Assembly (NCBI GenBank): GCA_016927015.1
Contig: JAFGNM010000117.1
Location: 29,182-93,181 of the forward strand
Length of the DNA stretch: 64,000 nt
DNA from: Candidatus Bathyarchaeota archaeon
GTDB lineage: Archaea > Thermoproteota > Bathyarchaeia > Bathyarchaeales > Bathycorpusculaceae
Direction: 5' to 3'
The translations under genes were made by a program, and so were the position numbers. Positions 39,229-49,781 of this stretch are shown here, one piece after another; position 1 is the first letter of the stretch, and every line of letters begins with the position of its first letter. Under the pieces are notes generated by a model that saw only the letters and a list, made by a program, of their open reading frames with translations, was not told where the DNA came from and searched no databases.

Positions 39229-40266
39229 TTAGTCGAGAAAAGACATTACCTCTGTACGAAAAATGTGCAATAGTGAGGTAAAGGGAAAAACAAAATGCCT
39301 TTTGAATGAGTCCTTATCGGTGACGACTCTGTATTCCTGAACTCTTTGACGGTTATACCATATTTTTCGGAAGTTCCTTACAACATAGACGAAACTTTTC
39401 AAGATAGCGAGGGAATAAGAGTTTTTCCCTTTTATAGCTAAAAGAACACAAGCAACTAGACGAATAAAGATCACTAGTGATCCGTATTTAACCAAATTTA
39501 GCAGCTCATAATTTTTTATCAGAGTCTCTAAGGAGTTTTTCTCAATAAGATAGCGATATTTTGCTGAATGTGCTCTTTTGAAACTGATTTTGTGATAGAC
39601 CACAGACGAAGGCACAGAAAATACTTGGTATCCTATTAAGCGTATTCTCCAACATAAGTCCACTTCATCGAAATACAAGAAGTAGTCATTTGCAAATCCA
39701 TTAACCTTTCTAAAAACTTCGGCTCTAACGAGAAGCGAAACGCCGCAACAGTGAAAAAAAGACTTTAACCTGTTAAGTCGATATCCTGTCCTGTCTTTTC
39801 CAAAACCTAAATCGAGACTGTAACCTGTTTCTCGATTGTACACGCCACCAAGGCTTTGAATAATTTTGCCATTCCAAAATAGGACTGTACTTCCACAAGC
39901 GCCAATTCTTTTGTCGGCAGTTGCCACTTTAAGAAGCTCTTTTAGCCAATTGCGATCTACTCTAGTGTCAGGATTCAAAAAGACGAAAAAATCGCCTTGT
40001 GCATATTTAGCCCCAACATTGCAGCCTCCACCATACCCAATGTTATCCCGATTTTGCACTACTTTAACCCAAGGGAACTCCCTCTTAACAAAACCTGCAC
40101 TGCCATCAGTTGAACAATTATCAACAAACAAGGTCTCAAAATTACGATAACTTGATGCTTTAAGAGATGTTAAACATTCTCTTAAATCGTTTTTACTATC
40201 GTGCCCAACAATTATCACTGAGACCAAAGCTTGTTTAATCATGTAAATACTGCGCCATAACTTCAT
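39229..40266 (-). CDS. GT2 glycosyltransferase
   Basis: VDNCSTDGS, NIGYGGGCN, FLNPD, YFDEVDLCWR. Confidence 0.88.
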   Translation of the reverse strand: MKLWRSIYMIKQALVSVIIVGHDSKNDLRECLTSLKASSYRNFETLFVDNCSTDGSAGFVKREFPWVKVVQNRDNIGYGGGCNVGAKYAQGDFFVFLNPDTRVDRNWLKELLKVATADKRIGACGSTVLFWNGKIIQSLGGVYNRETGYSLDLGFGKDRTGYRLNRLKSFFHCCGVSLLVRAEVFRKVNGFANDYFLYFDEVDLCWRIRLIGYQVFSVPSSVVYHKISFKRAHSAKYRYLIEKNSLETLIKNYELLNLVKYGSLVIFIRLVACVLLAIKGKNSYSLAILKSFVYVVRNFRKIWYNRQRVQEYRVVTDKDSFKRHFVFPFTSLLHIFRTEVMSFLD

Positions 40267-40394
40267 AAAGCAAAACTGGTTACCGGCTCAAATTATCTGT
40301 AAAAAACTGATGCAGTTACGCTAATTTTAACCGGCAGGCTGGATGAAATCCCATTGCAGCGCGCAGGAATTTTCAAAACTGACCAAGTAGTTCT

Positions 40395-41444
40395 TCAAAC
40401 TTCCTTTGCGAGTTCACGGTAAAAAATTTGGGAGTTTCCAGTAGTTCTTTTCCATTTTCCTTTTGTAATTCCATAAAGCATTCCAAAAAGATAACTAAAA
40501 TGTTCAACTACAAAAAGCGAGGGAATTAGCAACAAATAACGGGGGCAATTTGTTTTAACAAAGCTTCGAAAGGCTGTCACAAAGATTGCAGCTAAGTAAA
40601 CAATGACAACGGCTGCAGCGAGTAAGGGAAAAAAAACGGCTATGAATGGAAACATGAGCGCCATTATGAAGGGTATTATTGCGCCCTTGCTGGCATATTT
40701 TTTATCTGTTAATATTGACCTCATTCGGCCCATTCCATACAAAAAGAATTGCTTAGCAAACCCTTTGATTGTGTCTCTTCGATAATGCCAGACAAAAATA
40801 TCGGGAACAAAAAGAAGTTTACTTCCAGTTTCGCACACTTTATAACTGAGATTTGTGTCTTCACATAATTCGAATTCCTCATCAAAACCATCAATATCCT
40901 GCAAAGCATCGCGCCAAAAGGCACTGTTTATGCAAGCTAAAGCTCTTACAACTTGTGGTTTTTTCGGGTTATACAAACTCGCCGAACCTAAGCTACCAAG
41001 GAAACTTGAGAAAACAAAATCTATCGCCTTACCCAAACAAGACCCTTTTTTAGGTGAAATATTAATTCCACCAACCCCTCCTAATGCCTTGTCCTGTATC
41101 AACTCGTTAATGAGAGCAGAGAGCCACGTTTCCGATGCCACACAGTCCGAGTCAATGAAAGCTATTATTTCCCCGTTAGCTCTCTTAATTCCAAGATTTC
41201 GCGCCTGTGCGCGATTTCCACCTTTAATCACAATGACTTCAAATTTGCCAGAGTAATCTTGCGTCTTAAGGCTTGCTAAGCAACGGCTAATGTTAGGATC
41301 CTGCTCATCTTTGACAGGTATTATTACACTTACTTTAGGCAGTTCGGTCTTATCTCTCAAATTTATATACGATTCGTTGAAAATGCAGTTTTCCCGACAA
41401 CTCTCAGAGGCAGGTAGTGTAATCTTGGTGCTATTCTCATGCAA
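40395..41444 (-). CDS. GT2 glycosyltransferase with C-terminal TMs
   Basis: VSVIIP, ARNLG, FIDSDC, GFDE, ED, KQFFLYG. Confidence 0.85.
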   Translation of the reverse strand: MHENSTKITLPASESCRENCIFNESYINLRDKTELPKVSVIIPVKDEQDPNISRCLASLKTQDYSGKFEVIVIKGGNRAQARNLGIKRANGEIIAFIDSDCVASETWLSALINELIQDKALGGVGGINISPKKGSCLGKAIDFVFSSFLGSLGSASLYNPKKPQVVRALACINSAFWRDALQDIDGFDEEFELCEDTNLSYKVCETGSKLLFVPDIFVWHYRRDTIKGFAKQFFLYGMGRMRSILTDKKYASKGAIIPFIMALMFPFIAVFFPLLAAAVVIVYLAAIFVTAFRSFVKTNCPRYLLLIPSLFVVEHFSYLFGMLYGITKGKWKRTTGNSQIFYRELAKEV

Positions 41445-41447
41445 ACC

Positions 41448-42398
41448 TTATCTTTTCTCACTCATTTTTTTAGAAATTCTTGAAATAGCGTACAGCGTTA
41501 TGGCTGTTGACAACATGAAGACGCCAATTACCACGAAAGACAGGGAAGCCAAAGCAAGATTAGTCACTATTCGATGTTCTATTGCATAAACTTGCAGCAT
41601 CCAAACGCCGAACGATACTCCAGCAAACAAAAACAACAGGGAAGGAACACCCAGAACCATTAACGGCTTTTCCTCAACAATAAGCCGAATGATGGACATG
41701 ACAACGCCTACGCCATGAGTCACAGGGTGCTCCGTGGAAGTGGGCACTTCACAATTTTGATATTTGCATGTGCTTGGCACTTCACAGATCTTCAAATCAT
41801 GTTTGCTGGCTTCTAATAGAATTTCCACGCTAGCACCCATGCCGGCTTCAACGAGGCTGAGGCGCTCTATCGCCTGACGATTGTACGCTCTGAATCCGCT
41901 CTGAGCGTCGCTAACACCGTTCTTCGCGGAACCGTTAACCATCTTTGTAATCAGCTTAGCACCAAGCCGCCTGTACACCGGCATCTCCGCCGTTCCACAT
42001 CCATCAATAAACCTGCTACCGATCACCACATCTGCTACACCTTCAGTGATAGGGACTAGAACACTGGGAATCTCCCGAGGATCATGCTGACCATCAGCAT
42101 CCAGAGTAACCAAAACATCCGCATTCAACTCACGAGCCCGCTCAAACAAGCTCTTAATAGCAGCTCCATAACCCAAATTCCGCTCATGCTTGACCACATC
42201 TGCACCTAAACGCTTAGCAATCTCACATGTTAAATCGGATGAACCATCATCACAGACCACCACCGCATCAGCGTGCTTCTGAGCCTCCAACACAACCCGA
42301 GCAATACTGTTCTCCTCATTAAACGCAGGTATACCTACCACAACAAACGACTCAGCAGACTTTCCTAACTGGCTAACTTCTATCTCAACCAACAACAA
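41448..42398 (-). CDS. GT2, dolichol-phosphate glycosyltransferase-like
   Basis: IPAFNEE, DDGSSD, NLGYG, DADGQH, DAQSGFRAY; two C-terminal TMs. Confidence 0.88.
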   Translation of the reverse strand: MLLVEIEVSQLGKSAESFVVVGIPAFNEENSIARVVLEAQKHADAVVVCDDGSSDLTCEIAKRLGADVVKHERNLGYGAAIKSLFERARELNADVLVTLDADGQHDPREIPSVLVPITEGVADVVIGSRFIDGCGTAEMPVYRRLGAKLITKMVNGSAKNGVSDAQSGFRAYNRQAIERLSLVEAGMGASVEILLEASKHDLKICEVPSTCKYQNCEVPTSTEHPVTHGVGVVMSIIRLIVEEKPLMVLGVPSLLFLFAGVSFGVWMLQVYAIEHRIVTNLALASLSFVVIGVFMLSTAITLYAISRISKKMSEKR

Positions 42399-42431
42399 CT
42401 ATCTCCATCAATTTTTCGACCACCGAAGCCG

Positions 42432-44024
42432 TCAAACAGGAACAGAACCCGTGAACTCATAAACTGAAATCCTGCCGAAATCCCTCAAAGAAACAAACTG
42501 GCTCGGAACCGACACGTTATACCAACCAATATCCCTATTCCACCAGACAAAATACACAGAACCAAAACCGCGATTCACAGCATCGCCCAAAGCCAAGCCC
42601 GCATCATTCCAAAACTGAAGTGTAACGTGCGAATTGTCACTATACAATCTGTCCCAATAAAGGAAAATACGATTAACAAGCACACAAGAATTGTCGTCCG
42701 AATTCTCTTCCAACCACATTATAGCCTGAGACACCATTTCTACATCTTGATATGGAACTGCAGGTGCCGAGCAGAAGTGCGCAGACACACTCGGCAGAGT
42801 GAATACACCAACTTGAACAGTATTCATCAACAGAGGCGTAGCTAAATAAACAGAACCAAGAAGAACCGTTGCGCCTAACCCTCCGAAAACAATCTTCTTG
42901 GAAATCCCAGCAATCTTAGCTTTCGAGCCGTTAAAGCCGCTGAGTAACTTATGCAGCCCATTAACCGCAAAAAACGTAAAAGGATAAACAAGCATGAACA
43001 TCCACCGGCTCCAAAAATCCAACGCAAAAAACGGCCAGACTAAACAGCCGAAAGAACCAACCAGCAGCAACCCCGTCCAAATGTTTAAAACTCCATTCCT
43101 GAAGAAACCCTTCCATACCAAAAGCAGATAAGACAGGTACAAAAAGGCGAAAAGCAAAACAACATCAATTAACAAATCAGTGTAACCAGCATACTGAAAA
43201 ACCTGGTCGTTGGTAACCAAGTAGTTGGCGAAAAACGTAAAACGCCCCACAGACGCCTCCCCCGTGCTTAGAGAAGTCGTTGTCACGTTGTAGTTTACGG
43301 GGAAAAACCGCAAAAACAACCCAGTCAAGAAAACCGACAGCGCTGGAACAAACGCCAGAACCGTCAACTTCTCTGCTCTGCCAAACCGCTTTCGTGCAAA
43401 ACGCCAGCTACACACTCCCAAAACAATCGTCACTAACGCCACGCCCGCGTACTCATGCGCAAAAACAGTAAGCAGCGAAAGCAAAGCGAACACTGCGAAG
43501 TCTCGTTTTGAACCGAGCTTGCCAACGAAAGGCAAAGCAAACAGCAGCAGACCCATGCCCAGCGTGTTCCGCAGCAGGTCCCACGAAATCCTGAGCGCCG
43601 CCAGTTGAAACGCGAAAAGCCCAGCAGCCGCCAAACATAGTTTTACATCCCAGCCTAACATTTTTTTTCCAACCCAGTAAACGCCAGCCACGTTTAAACC
43701 GTAAAGCGCAGGCGCCACCACCTTCAACAGCAGAAACGGGTCAATCTGGAAAACGCTGTACAGCGGCACAGTGAACGCGTGCAACAGCCATGTTGACGTG
43801 AAAAAGGAACTCCAGTTAGCCCACACCACGCCACTCTTCATCACTGCAGCGTAATAAACCGTGTCGAAACCGATTGGAACAGCACCCGCCAACAGCTCAG
43901 GCACCAAACGAACAAGGAATCCCGCCATGAATACTAAGCCTAAAGCCTTAGCGCCTGAAAAAGCACCAAACCAAGCAAACAAGCGGTTTAAGCTTAAGAA
44001 CGGATGGAAGTTCAGGGTTTTCAC
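42432..44024 (-). CDS. Polytopic membrane protein, GT-C-like
   Basis: VRLVPE...PIGFDTVYY after TM1; many TMs; small extracellular C-terminal domain. Confidence 0.55.
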   Translation of the reverse strand: MKTLNFHPFLSLNRLFAWFGAFSGAKALGLVFMAGFLVRLVPELLAGAVPIGFDTVYYAAVMKSGVVWANWSSFFTSTWLLHAFTVPLYSVFQIDPFLLLKVVAPALYGLNVAGVYWVGKKMLGWDVKLCLAAAGLFAFQLAALRISWDLLRNTLGMGLLLFALPFVGKLGSKRDFAVFALLSLLTVFAHEYAGVALVTIVLGVCSWRFARKRFGRAEKLTVLAFVPALSVFLTGLFLRFFPVNYNVTTTSLSTGEASVGRFTFFANYLVTNDQVFQYAGYTDLLIDVVLLFAFLYLSYLLLVWKGFFRNGVLNIWTGLLLVGSFGCLVWPFFALDFWSRWMFMLVYPFTFFAVNGLHKLLSGFNGSKAKIAGISKKIVFGGLGATVLLGSVYLATPLLMNTVQVGVFTLPSVSAHFCSAPAVPYQDVEMVSQAIMWLEENSDDNSCVLVNRIFLYWDRLYSDNSHVTLQFWNDAGLALGDAVNRGFGSVYFVWWNRDIGWYNVSVPSQFVSLRDFGRISVYEFTGSVPV

Positions 44025-44962
44025 CGTGCAGTACCTCTTCGGTCAAGCAGCAAGCCCTGCAAGCCCTCTTCCAACGCCACTTTGGGCGCGTAGGCAAAGG
44101 CTTTCCGCGCTTTCGAGGGGTCGGCAACGCTGTGCGGTATATCGCCTTCTCTTGAAGGTTCATGTATGAGGCCGCAGTCTCTGCCTGAAAGGCTCAAAAC
44201 CGTCTTAGCTAAATCACTAATCGAAACCGCTTTGCCGTAACCAACGTTAAAGATTTCTCCGGCACAGTCATCTTTCATCAGCGTCAGAACCGCGTTAGCT
44301 ACGTCCGTAACGTGAACGAAGTCTCGGGTTTGCGAACCATCACCGTAAATCACAAGAGGCTGACCTTTTTCGGCGCGTTCCATAAACTTTGTTATGACGC
44401 CGCTGTATTCGCCCGAGGTTTGCCGTGGACCGTACACGTTGAACAAGCGCAGAACAACCACATCTAAACCTGACCGCCCAAAGAGCGCTTGGCAACAGCC
44501 TTCGCCCTCAAGCTTGGAAGCCGCATAAGGCGAAATAGGACAAGTCGGGTGAGCCTCGTCAACAGGCAGGTACCGGGGCGCTCCATAAACGGAACACGAA
44601 GAAACGAAAATGAACTTCTTCACGCCGCTCCGAACGCATGCCTCAAGCAGACCACGCGTGCCCTCAACGTTGACTTCGTAAGTGAGACGAGGGTTCTCCA
44701 CCGAAAACGGCACGCTAACAATCGCGGCTAAATGGACAACCGCGTCCACATCATGAACCAGCTTACCGATTGTTTCGCGGTCTTGAACATCCGCCTTGAC
44801 AAAATCAACTGACCCACGATTGACATGCGCGCTGATATTAGCAAAGTTGCCAGTGGAAAGGTTATCAACCACACCAACGCAGCAACCCTCATCCACCAGC
44901 CGGTCCACCACATGACTTCCGATGAAGCCAGCGCCGCCCGTCACAAGCACTCTACTGTTCAA
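44021..44962 (-). CDS. NAD-dependent sugar epimerase (GalE-like)
   Basis: TGGAGFIGSH, SPYAASK, LRLFNVYGPRQ, TRDFVHV. Confidence 0.88.
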   Translation of the reverse strand: MNSRVLVTGGAGFIGSHVVDRLVDEGCCVGVVDNLSTGNFANISAHVNRGSVDFVKADVQDRETIGKLVHDVDAVVHLAAIVSVPFSVENPRLTYEVNVEGTRGLLEACVRSGVKKFIFVSSCSVYGAPRYLPVDEAHPTCPISPYAASKLEGEGCCQALFGRSGLDVVVLRLFNVYGPRQTSGEYSGVITKFMERAEKGQPLVIYGDGSQTRDFVHVTDVANAVLTLMKDDCAGEIFNVGYGKAVSISDLAKTVLSLSGRDCGLIHEPSREGDIPHSVADPSKARKAFAYAPKVALEEGLQGLLLDRRGTAR

Positions 44963-46210
44963 CTAACGTAAACCAGCCGCAAGCCGCTCTTCTGGCCTGC
45001 CAGTGACTTGACCTGAATGTTCCGTTTTCCGCCAACGCCGCTTTCTTCGTAGTGCGATCTCAAGCAACGCGTACATGGCTATGAAGCTCTGGAATCCCCA
45101 GTAAACGTAGATGAAGGGAAGCCACAACACGTTTCTCAACCTGAAAGGTTTCGCCATGCACGCGAGAGCCACCCCGACCAAGCCTAAAATGAACAGAGTG
45201 AAAACACAGGTGAACTGAGCGATCACAGTAGTAACCAAAGTGGAGGGCACTGAGAAAGCCCAGAAAGGCGCAAAATAGTTTACCACACATAATAGTATCA
45301 TGAAAGTGCCAAAAAGCGTCATTTCCGCGTCAAAGCGTCTCAGACTCGGCTTCTTCATTAACCTGCCAAACCTTAACCCAACCTCAATGTTTCCTCTAAA
45401 CCACCGCGACCTCTGAGCCAGCAGGCTCTTAACGTTAAAGGGGCTCTCCTCAAAAGTTCGCACTTCAGAAGCATAACGAATAACGTTGCCCTGTTCAATT
45501 AACCTCACCGAAAGTTCCGTGTCTTCACCAAGGCAATCCTCATTCCACCCGCCAACCGCATCCAAAGCCGACTTCCGGATGAACTGGCACGTCCCAGCCA
45601 AACCAACATACAAGTCAAGCGCATCTTTCCCCTGCAAATAAAGCTCATACTGAACCGCACACTCGTAAGAGATGAAACGCGTCAACATGTTCTGCTCCGA
45701 ATTAATCGAGCATATCCTCCCCTGCACCCCAGCCACCAACGGCTCCTCAAAGTATCCAGCCGCCTTCAAGAGAGCATCAGGTTCTGGAACACTGTCACCA
45801 TCAAAAGTGGCAACTACCTCACCATGAGCGTAATTCACTCCAAAGTTAAGAGCGCCTGCCTTAGTTGTCGAACTAGCCCTTTCCAAGACTCTGACTTCAG
45901 GATGAGACACGGAATACTGACGACAAATTTCGCCAGTTCTGTCAGTTGAAGCATCATTAACCACGATGATTTCTTTCTTACCTGAGGGATAATTCAAGCT
46001 CGTCAACGCGTTTAACAATCTGGCAACAACTTTCTCCTCGTTTTTCACGGGAATAATTATGGAAACCATCGGAAGCTCATGTCCCGCATTTTCAACAGGC
46101 TTTGTCTCTTTCTTGCGGGTTCGCCAAAGCTTCCAGAAGCCCGTGACGACGACGGGAATGTTATAAAGTGTAAAAGCAAAAAACGTCAAAAGTATCGCAG
46201 TGAAAATCAT
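44963..46210 (-). CDS. Processive GT2 (cellulose synthase/PgaC-like)
   Basis: KAGALN, FDGD, GEDTE, QRSRW (D,D,D,QxxRW). Confidence 0.85.
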   Translation of the reverse strand: MIFTAILLTFFAFTLYNIPVVVTGFWKLWRTRKKETKPVENAGHELPMVSIIIPVKNEEKVVARLLNALTSLNYPSGKKEIIVVNDASTDRTGEICRQYSVSHPEVRVLERASSTTKAGALNFGVNYAHGEVVATFDGDSVPEPDALLKAAGYFEEPLVAGVQGRICSINSEQNMLTRFISYECAVQYELYLQGKDALDLYVGLAGTCQFIRKSALDAVGGWNEDCLGEDTELSVRLIEQGNVIRYASEVRTFEESPFNVKSLLAQRSRWFRGNIEVGLRFGRLMKKPSLRRFDAEMTLFGTFMILLCVVNYFAPFWAFSVPSTLVTTVIAQFTCVFTLFILGLVGVALACMAKPFRLRNVLWLPFIYVYWGFQSFIAMYALLEIALRRKRRWRKTEHSGQVTGRPEERLAAGLR

Positions 46211-46348
46211 AAAGACTATGTTTATTTTTCAAACCGCCTTAACAGTGACAAAGCGCATAGAATAAAGTAACTGAATTGGCTTAAATAGTAAATCCGTTGA
46301 AGATGCGTTACAGACCGTCTCTAAACATCAATGGTTTGTCGCTCCGCA

Positions 46349-46762
46349 TCATCCGCTGAACAGCTTAGGTTCATTAAGAGAAAAAGCCGCCAAGTATCTC
46401 GCAAAAACTTCATCAGACGCCCATTTTCCTGCAGACTCGTTGCCCCATTTTTGGGCGATCAAGCCAAGCCTGCGGGCAATTGGGAACCCTACTTCTTTGA
46501 CGGCGCGCTGAAACCTGCTTTCCATGATGCTTTCCAGTTTTCTAATAACGGTAAGGATGTTCTTTGCCAAGGTGAAGCTGCGAACAGTGCCGGCGACTTT
46601 TATCGTTAAATCAACAAGTACTCGGTCAATTCTAGGCAGAGCTTTGAACCACACGCCGGAGCGCATGGCCTTCAACTTCAGTTTCATTAGTTGCGCTTTT
46701 TCCAGAAAGCCGGAATCTGCATCATGAAGCATGTTAGGCATATCGGGTTTATTCCTTCTCAT
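46349..46762 (-). CDS. Basic hypothetical protein
   Basis: 137-aa ORF, KAMRSGVWFKAL...IAQKWGN; codirectional with the cluster. Confidence 0.55.
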   Translation of the reverse strand: MRRNKPDMPNMLHDADSGFLEKAQLMKLKLKAMRSGVWFKALPRIDRVLVDLTIKVAGTVRSFTLAKNILTVIRKLESIMESRFQRAVKEVGFPIARRLGLIAQKWGNESAGKWASDEVFARYLAAFSLNEPKLFSG

Positions 46763-47224
46763 TTCTTAAATCGGAATTCTTATTCTATATCCGAATACGA
46801 ACACATACTTTAATCTCAACATCATAAAAGACTTGCTGATTTTCAATAAGTAGTCTTGTTACAGAATTGCCTCTAAAATGTCCAAAATAAACCCTGCGAA
46901 AAACTCATAAAAATCGTAAATTCAAGTTTAAAGCAAGAATCATACGTACCCCCCTTGCCAAATTAACCCAAAACAGTATAAAATTTAATAGCAAAACTGA
47001 AGTCACTTAGAAAGTGCATACACACAAAACAGTAACTGGAATAACACAAAAAACTCTGGAAAACGCGGCTGAAGAACGAAAAGTTTCAACAGATGACTTG
47101 TTAGAGGCTCACCGTTACCAGATAATGCTCAGATTGAGTCAGTCTATAAGAACTTCACGTAAGAATTTGATAAGGGTCGCAAATAACTGGGTTCTTGTAG
47201 TAAACAATTAGAACAGCGTAGATT

Positions 47225-47650
47225 TTAAGAGATCTTCAATAGGATACGTTCTGGAACGCCTTGATTTTCAACAACTAAGAGTTTCATGCCCTCAGTTTCG
47301 CCGAGTTGATCAAGTGGTTTCAGTGCTTCACGGGCTTTTTGCAACGTTAGCAGAAGCTCTTGATGACTGCGCACTACAGATTCTATGGCTGTCAGTTCAT
47401 CTAACGGGGTGGCTTCTAACACAATTTTGATGCTGCCTACGCTGATTTCGCCCAGGCTTTCGCTATCGGCTTTTTTGCCTGCTAGTTTCATGACTACTTG
47501 GCGGATTCTCTTCGACTTTTCTGCTAACGAACGGATTTCGTCTAGTCGACGTAGGTATTCGCCCAGAGTGCTTTTCGTGTGGGAAATTTGCTTATCTAAG
47601 GTTTCTTCTATTTCTTCGGTTGAATTAAATTCTTTAATTTCAACTACCAC
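47225..47650 (-). CDS. Coiled-coil hypothetical protein
   Basis: 141-aa ORF with two heptad-rich helices. Confidence 0.65.
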   Translation of the reverse strand: MVVEIKEFNSTEEIEETLDKQISHTKSTLGEYLRRLDEIRSLAEKSKRIRQVVMKLAGKKADSESLGEISVGSIKIVLEATPLDELTAIESVVRSHQELLLTLQKAREALKPLDQLGETEGMKLLVVENQGVPERILLKIS

Positions 47651-47843
47651 TCTGCATACCCTCGATGTTTACAGGCATGGAGTAAGGAAGGAGGTTAAAT
47701 TAAATCTTATTAATTAATATACAATATTTTCCCTTCATATAGCAAACACACATTGGCATTACTACGCGAACTGGTTCTGTAATAATTATTTTTAAACCAT
47801 AATGGTTAAGTTGATTTTATTCTAACTTGTTTTTGGAATCGAA

Positions 47844-48119
47844 ATGCGCGGCATAGATGGAATAGGTAATTGGATTCTAGTGATTATGGCTACAGCTTCA
47901 GTTATTTCAATGATAGCTGTTCTTAGTTTAAACAGCATAGTCAGTCAAGACCTTCCCTCGTATGGGCTTCAGTTTAACTATGGTTGGGCGATACCGTATT
48001 GGAATACAATTTCAATCGTTTTTGTTATGGCCTGGATCAACATAATAGCAGCAATAGCCTTTCAGATATACAGGATAAGAACTATCCGAAAAGACGAAGT
48101 GCAAAACGCTGAGATATAA
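47844..48119 (+). CDS. Small two-TM protein, paralog of 9904 and 10531
   Basis: LNSIVSQDLPSYGLQFNYGWAIPYW loop. Confidence 0.65.
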   Translation: MRGIDGIGNWILVIMATASVISMIAVLSLNSIVSQDLPSYGLQFNYGWAIPYWNTISIVFVMAWINIIAAIAFQIYRIRTIRKDEVQNAEI

Positions 48120-48375
48120 AAATAGTCTGTTTCAAGGTTGAAAACAACGCCTTCAAATCTAACGCGTAACTTCTGTTAAATCTGAAAATTTTAAAGAAGC
48201 ACATTCCATATAACTAAATCCGCGTACAAAAAAGGTTTAATTTGGAGAGATTGAACCTCAACCTCATACATATCTCAAGAAATTGCGGGCGTAAACAAAA
48301 GCAATATGAACCAAGAAGCTTTCTTAACTGTTAGTTGCAAAGTAGATATTACATGCTGCAAAGAGAGACATCAAA

Positions 48376-48732
48376 ATGAAATCCGCCGCAAAACAAATAG
48401 CTAGGCAGCGAATACAGCTTCTGTTTCAGCAAGCTAAAACTGTCTACCGTGATAATCCTCAGCTCTCTAGCCGCTACGTTGCAACTGCCAGAAAAATAGC
48501 TATGGCAGCAAGAATACCCTTACCAACAGTGCACAAGCGCCAGGCCTGCAAAAACTGTAACACGTTGCTTGTGCAGGGTGAAAATTGCCGCGTGCGAATA
48601 AGGCAGAAAAGGGAGCCTCACGTAGTTATTACGTGTCTAAGCTGCGGCTGCAAAACGCGTATACCTTTGAAAAAGAAGAGGGAGAAAACAAAACTTGAGC
48701 GAGATAACTACCAGAATGAAACGTCATGTTAG
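48376..48732 (+). CDS. rnp4: Ribonuclease P protein Rpp21 (component 4)
   Basis: IARQRIQLLF, CKNC, VVITCLSCG. Confidence 0.92.
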   Translation: MKSAAKQIARQRIQLLFQQAKTVYRDNPQLSSRYVATARKIAMAARIPLPTVHKRQACKNCNTLLVQGENCRVRIRQKREPHVVITCLSCGCKTRIPLKKKREKTKLERDNYQNETSC

Positions 48733-48985
48733 GCATAAGCTGAAGGACGAAAAGCCAACCATATGGATCGGCAAAGACGGCTTGACTCCTCAGCTTTCGA
48801 TTGAGATTGAGAAACAACTGAATAAAAGCAGGATGCTTAAAGTGAAAATCTTGAAAAGCGCGTTGCAACAGGAAACCGCGAAGGCCATCGCGACGAAGGC
48901 TGCTGCAGATGCTGGCGCGGCGTTAGTTGAGGTTAGAGGTCACGTTTTCATTCTTTACAGACGCCACAAGAAACCACCGCCTTAG
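48695..48985 (+). CDS. yhbY: YhbY/CRM RNA-binding protein
   Basis: PTIWIGKDGLT, KVKILKS, VRGHVFILYR. Confidence 0.9.
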   Translation: MSEITTRMKRHVRHKLKDEKPTIWIGKDGLTPQLSIEIEKQLNKSRMLKVKILKSALQQETAKAIATKAAADAGAALVEVRGHVFILYRRHKKPPP

Positions 48986-49073
48986 CATCAATGCACTGCA
49001 TCCTCAACCCGCAAAGTACTATGAGTTTGAGGTGGAAACCCGCGTGAAGATGAGATTAGGTAGGAAAACCTAA

Positions 49074-49107
49074 ATGTACTACCTTGCTACATGTACTACT
49101 TGTGCTA
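49074..49107 (+). promoter_or_regulatory. Direct repeat ATGTACTAC x2, putative antitoxin operator
   Basis: atgtactac at 49074 and 49091, just upstream of the ATG at 49111. Confidence 0.45.
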
Positions 49108-49110
49108 AGT

Positions 49111-49341
49111 ATGGAAAATGAGGTTGTAGTGACTAGAAAAGGACAAACAACCATTCCAGCAAGGCTTCGCAAAAAGTTCAAGATTGAAGAAGGAACCCGG
49201 CTTGAGGTTGTTGAAACCGAAGAAGGAATACTCTTCAAGCCCAAAATGTCAACATGGGACCTCGCAGGCTCAGGCGCAAAATTTGCCACTCCCGAAGAAA
49301 TGAAGAAACTTTTGGACAAGCTCAGGGAAGAAGATGTCTAG
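49111..49341 (+). CDS. vapB: AbrB/MazE-type antitoxin
   Basis: VTRKGQTTIPARLRKKFKIEEG. Confidence 0.85.
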   Translation: MENEVVVTRKGQTTIPARLRKKFKIEEGTRLEVVETEEGILFKPKMSTWDLAGSGAKFATPEEMKKLLDKLREEDV

Positions 49342-49717
49342 AGCAGTTTACGATACGCGGTTCTTTGTTGAGTTTTATTATTCCAAAGACGACGAAACGC
49401 TCCAGAGAATGAAAGAGGAAAAAAAGCAGCGAGAGAAGTTCATCTCAACCGTCGTGATTCATGAAGTTTACAGGCTTACACTTACACGTGAAGGCCGAGA
49501 AACCGCGGCGCTGAGAGCAACGCTGTTGAAACAGGACTTCAAAGTAGTCTCCGTGACCGCTGAGATTGCAAAAATCTCTGCTGAACTGAGGCATAAATAC
49601 AAACTCTCAATGGCGGATAGCATGATTGCGGCAACAGCCTCCAGCTTAAAGGCTGCCTGCGTTTCAGACGACCCGCATTTTAACAGCATCAAAGAAATCA
49701 AGACCGTTTGGATATGA
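49334..49717 (+). CDS. vapC: PIN-domain toxin
   Basis: YDTRFF, VIHE, LSMADSMIAATA, SDDPHF. Confidence 0.88.
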   Translation: MSRAVYDTRFFVEFYYSKDDETLQRMKEEKKQREKFISTVVIHEVYRLTLTREGRETAALRATLLKQDFKVVSVTAEIAKISAELRHKYKLSMADSMIAATASSLKAACVSDDPHFNSIKEIKTVWI

Positions 49718-49781
49718 AAACTTCAAACTTGTTCGCCACTTTCGGTTTATTCCATTAAGCCCAACGCGTAGGTAAGCCCCA

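Noticed and set aside
47014..47211. 65-aa ORF in an AT-rich intergenic region
   Set aside because: No motif or start context supporting expression.
48245..48270. gagattgaacctcaacctc as another reversed tRNA T-arm
   Set aside because: Too short and mismatched to distinguish from chance.
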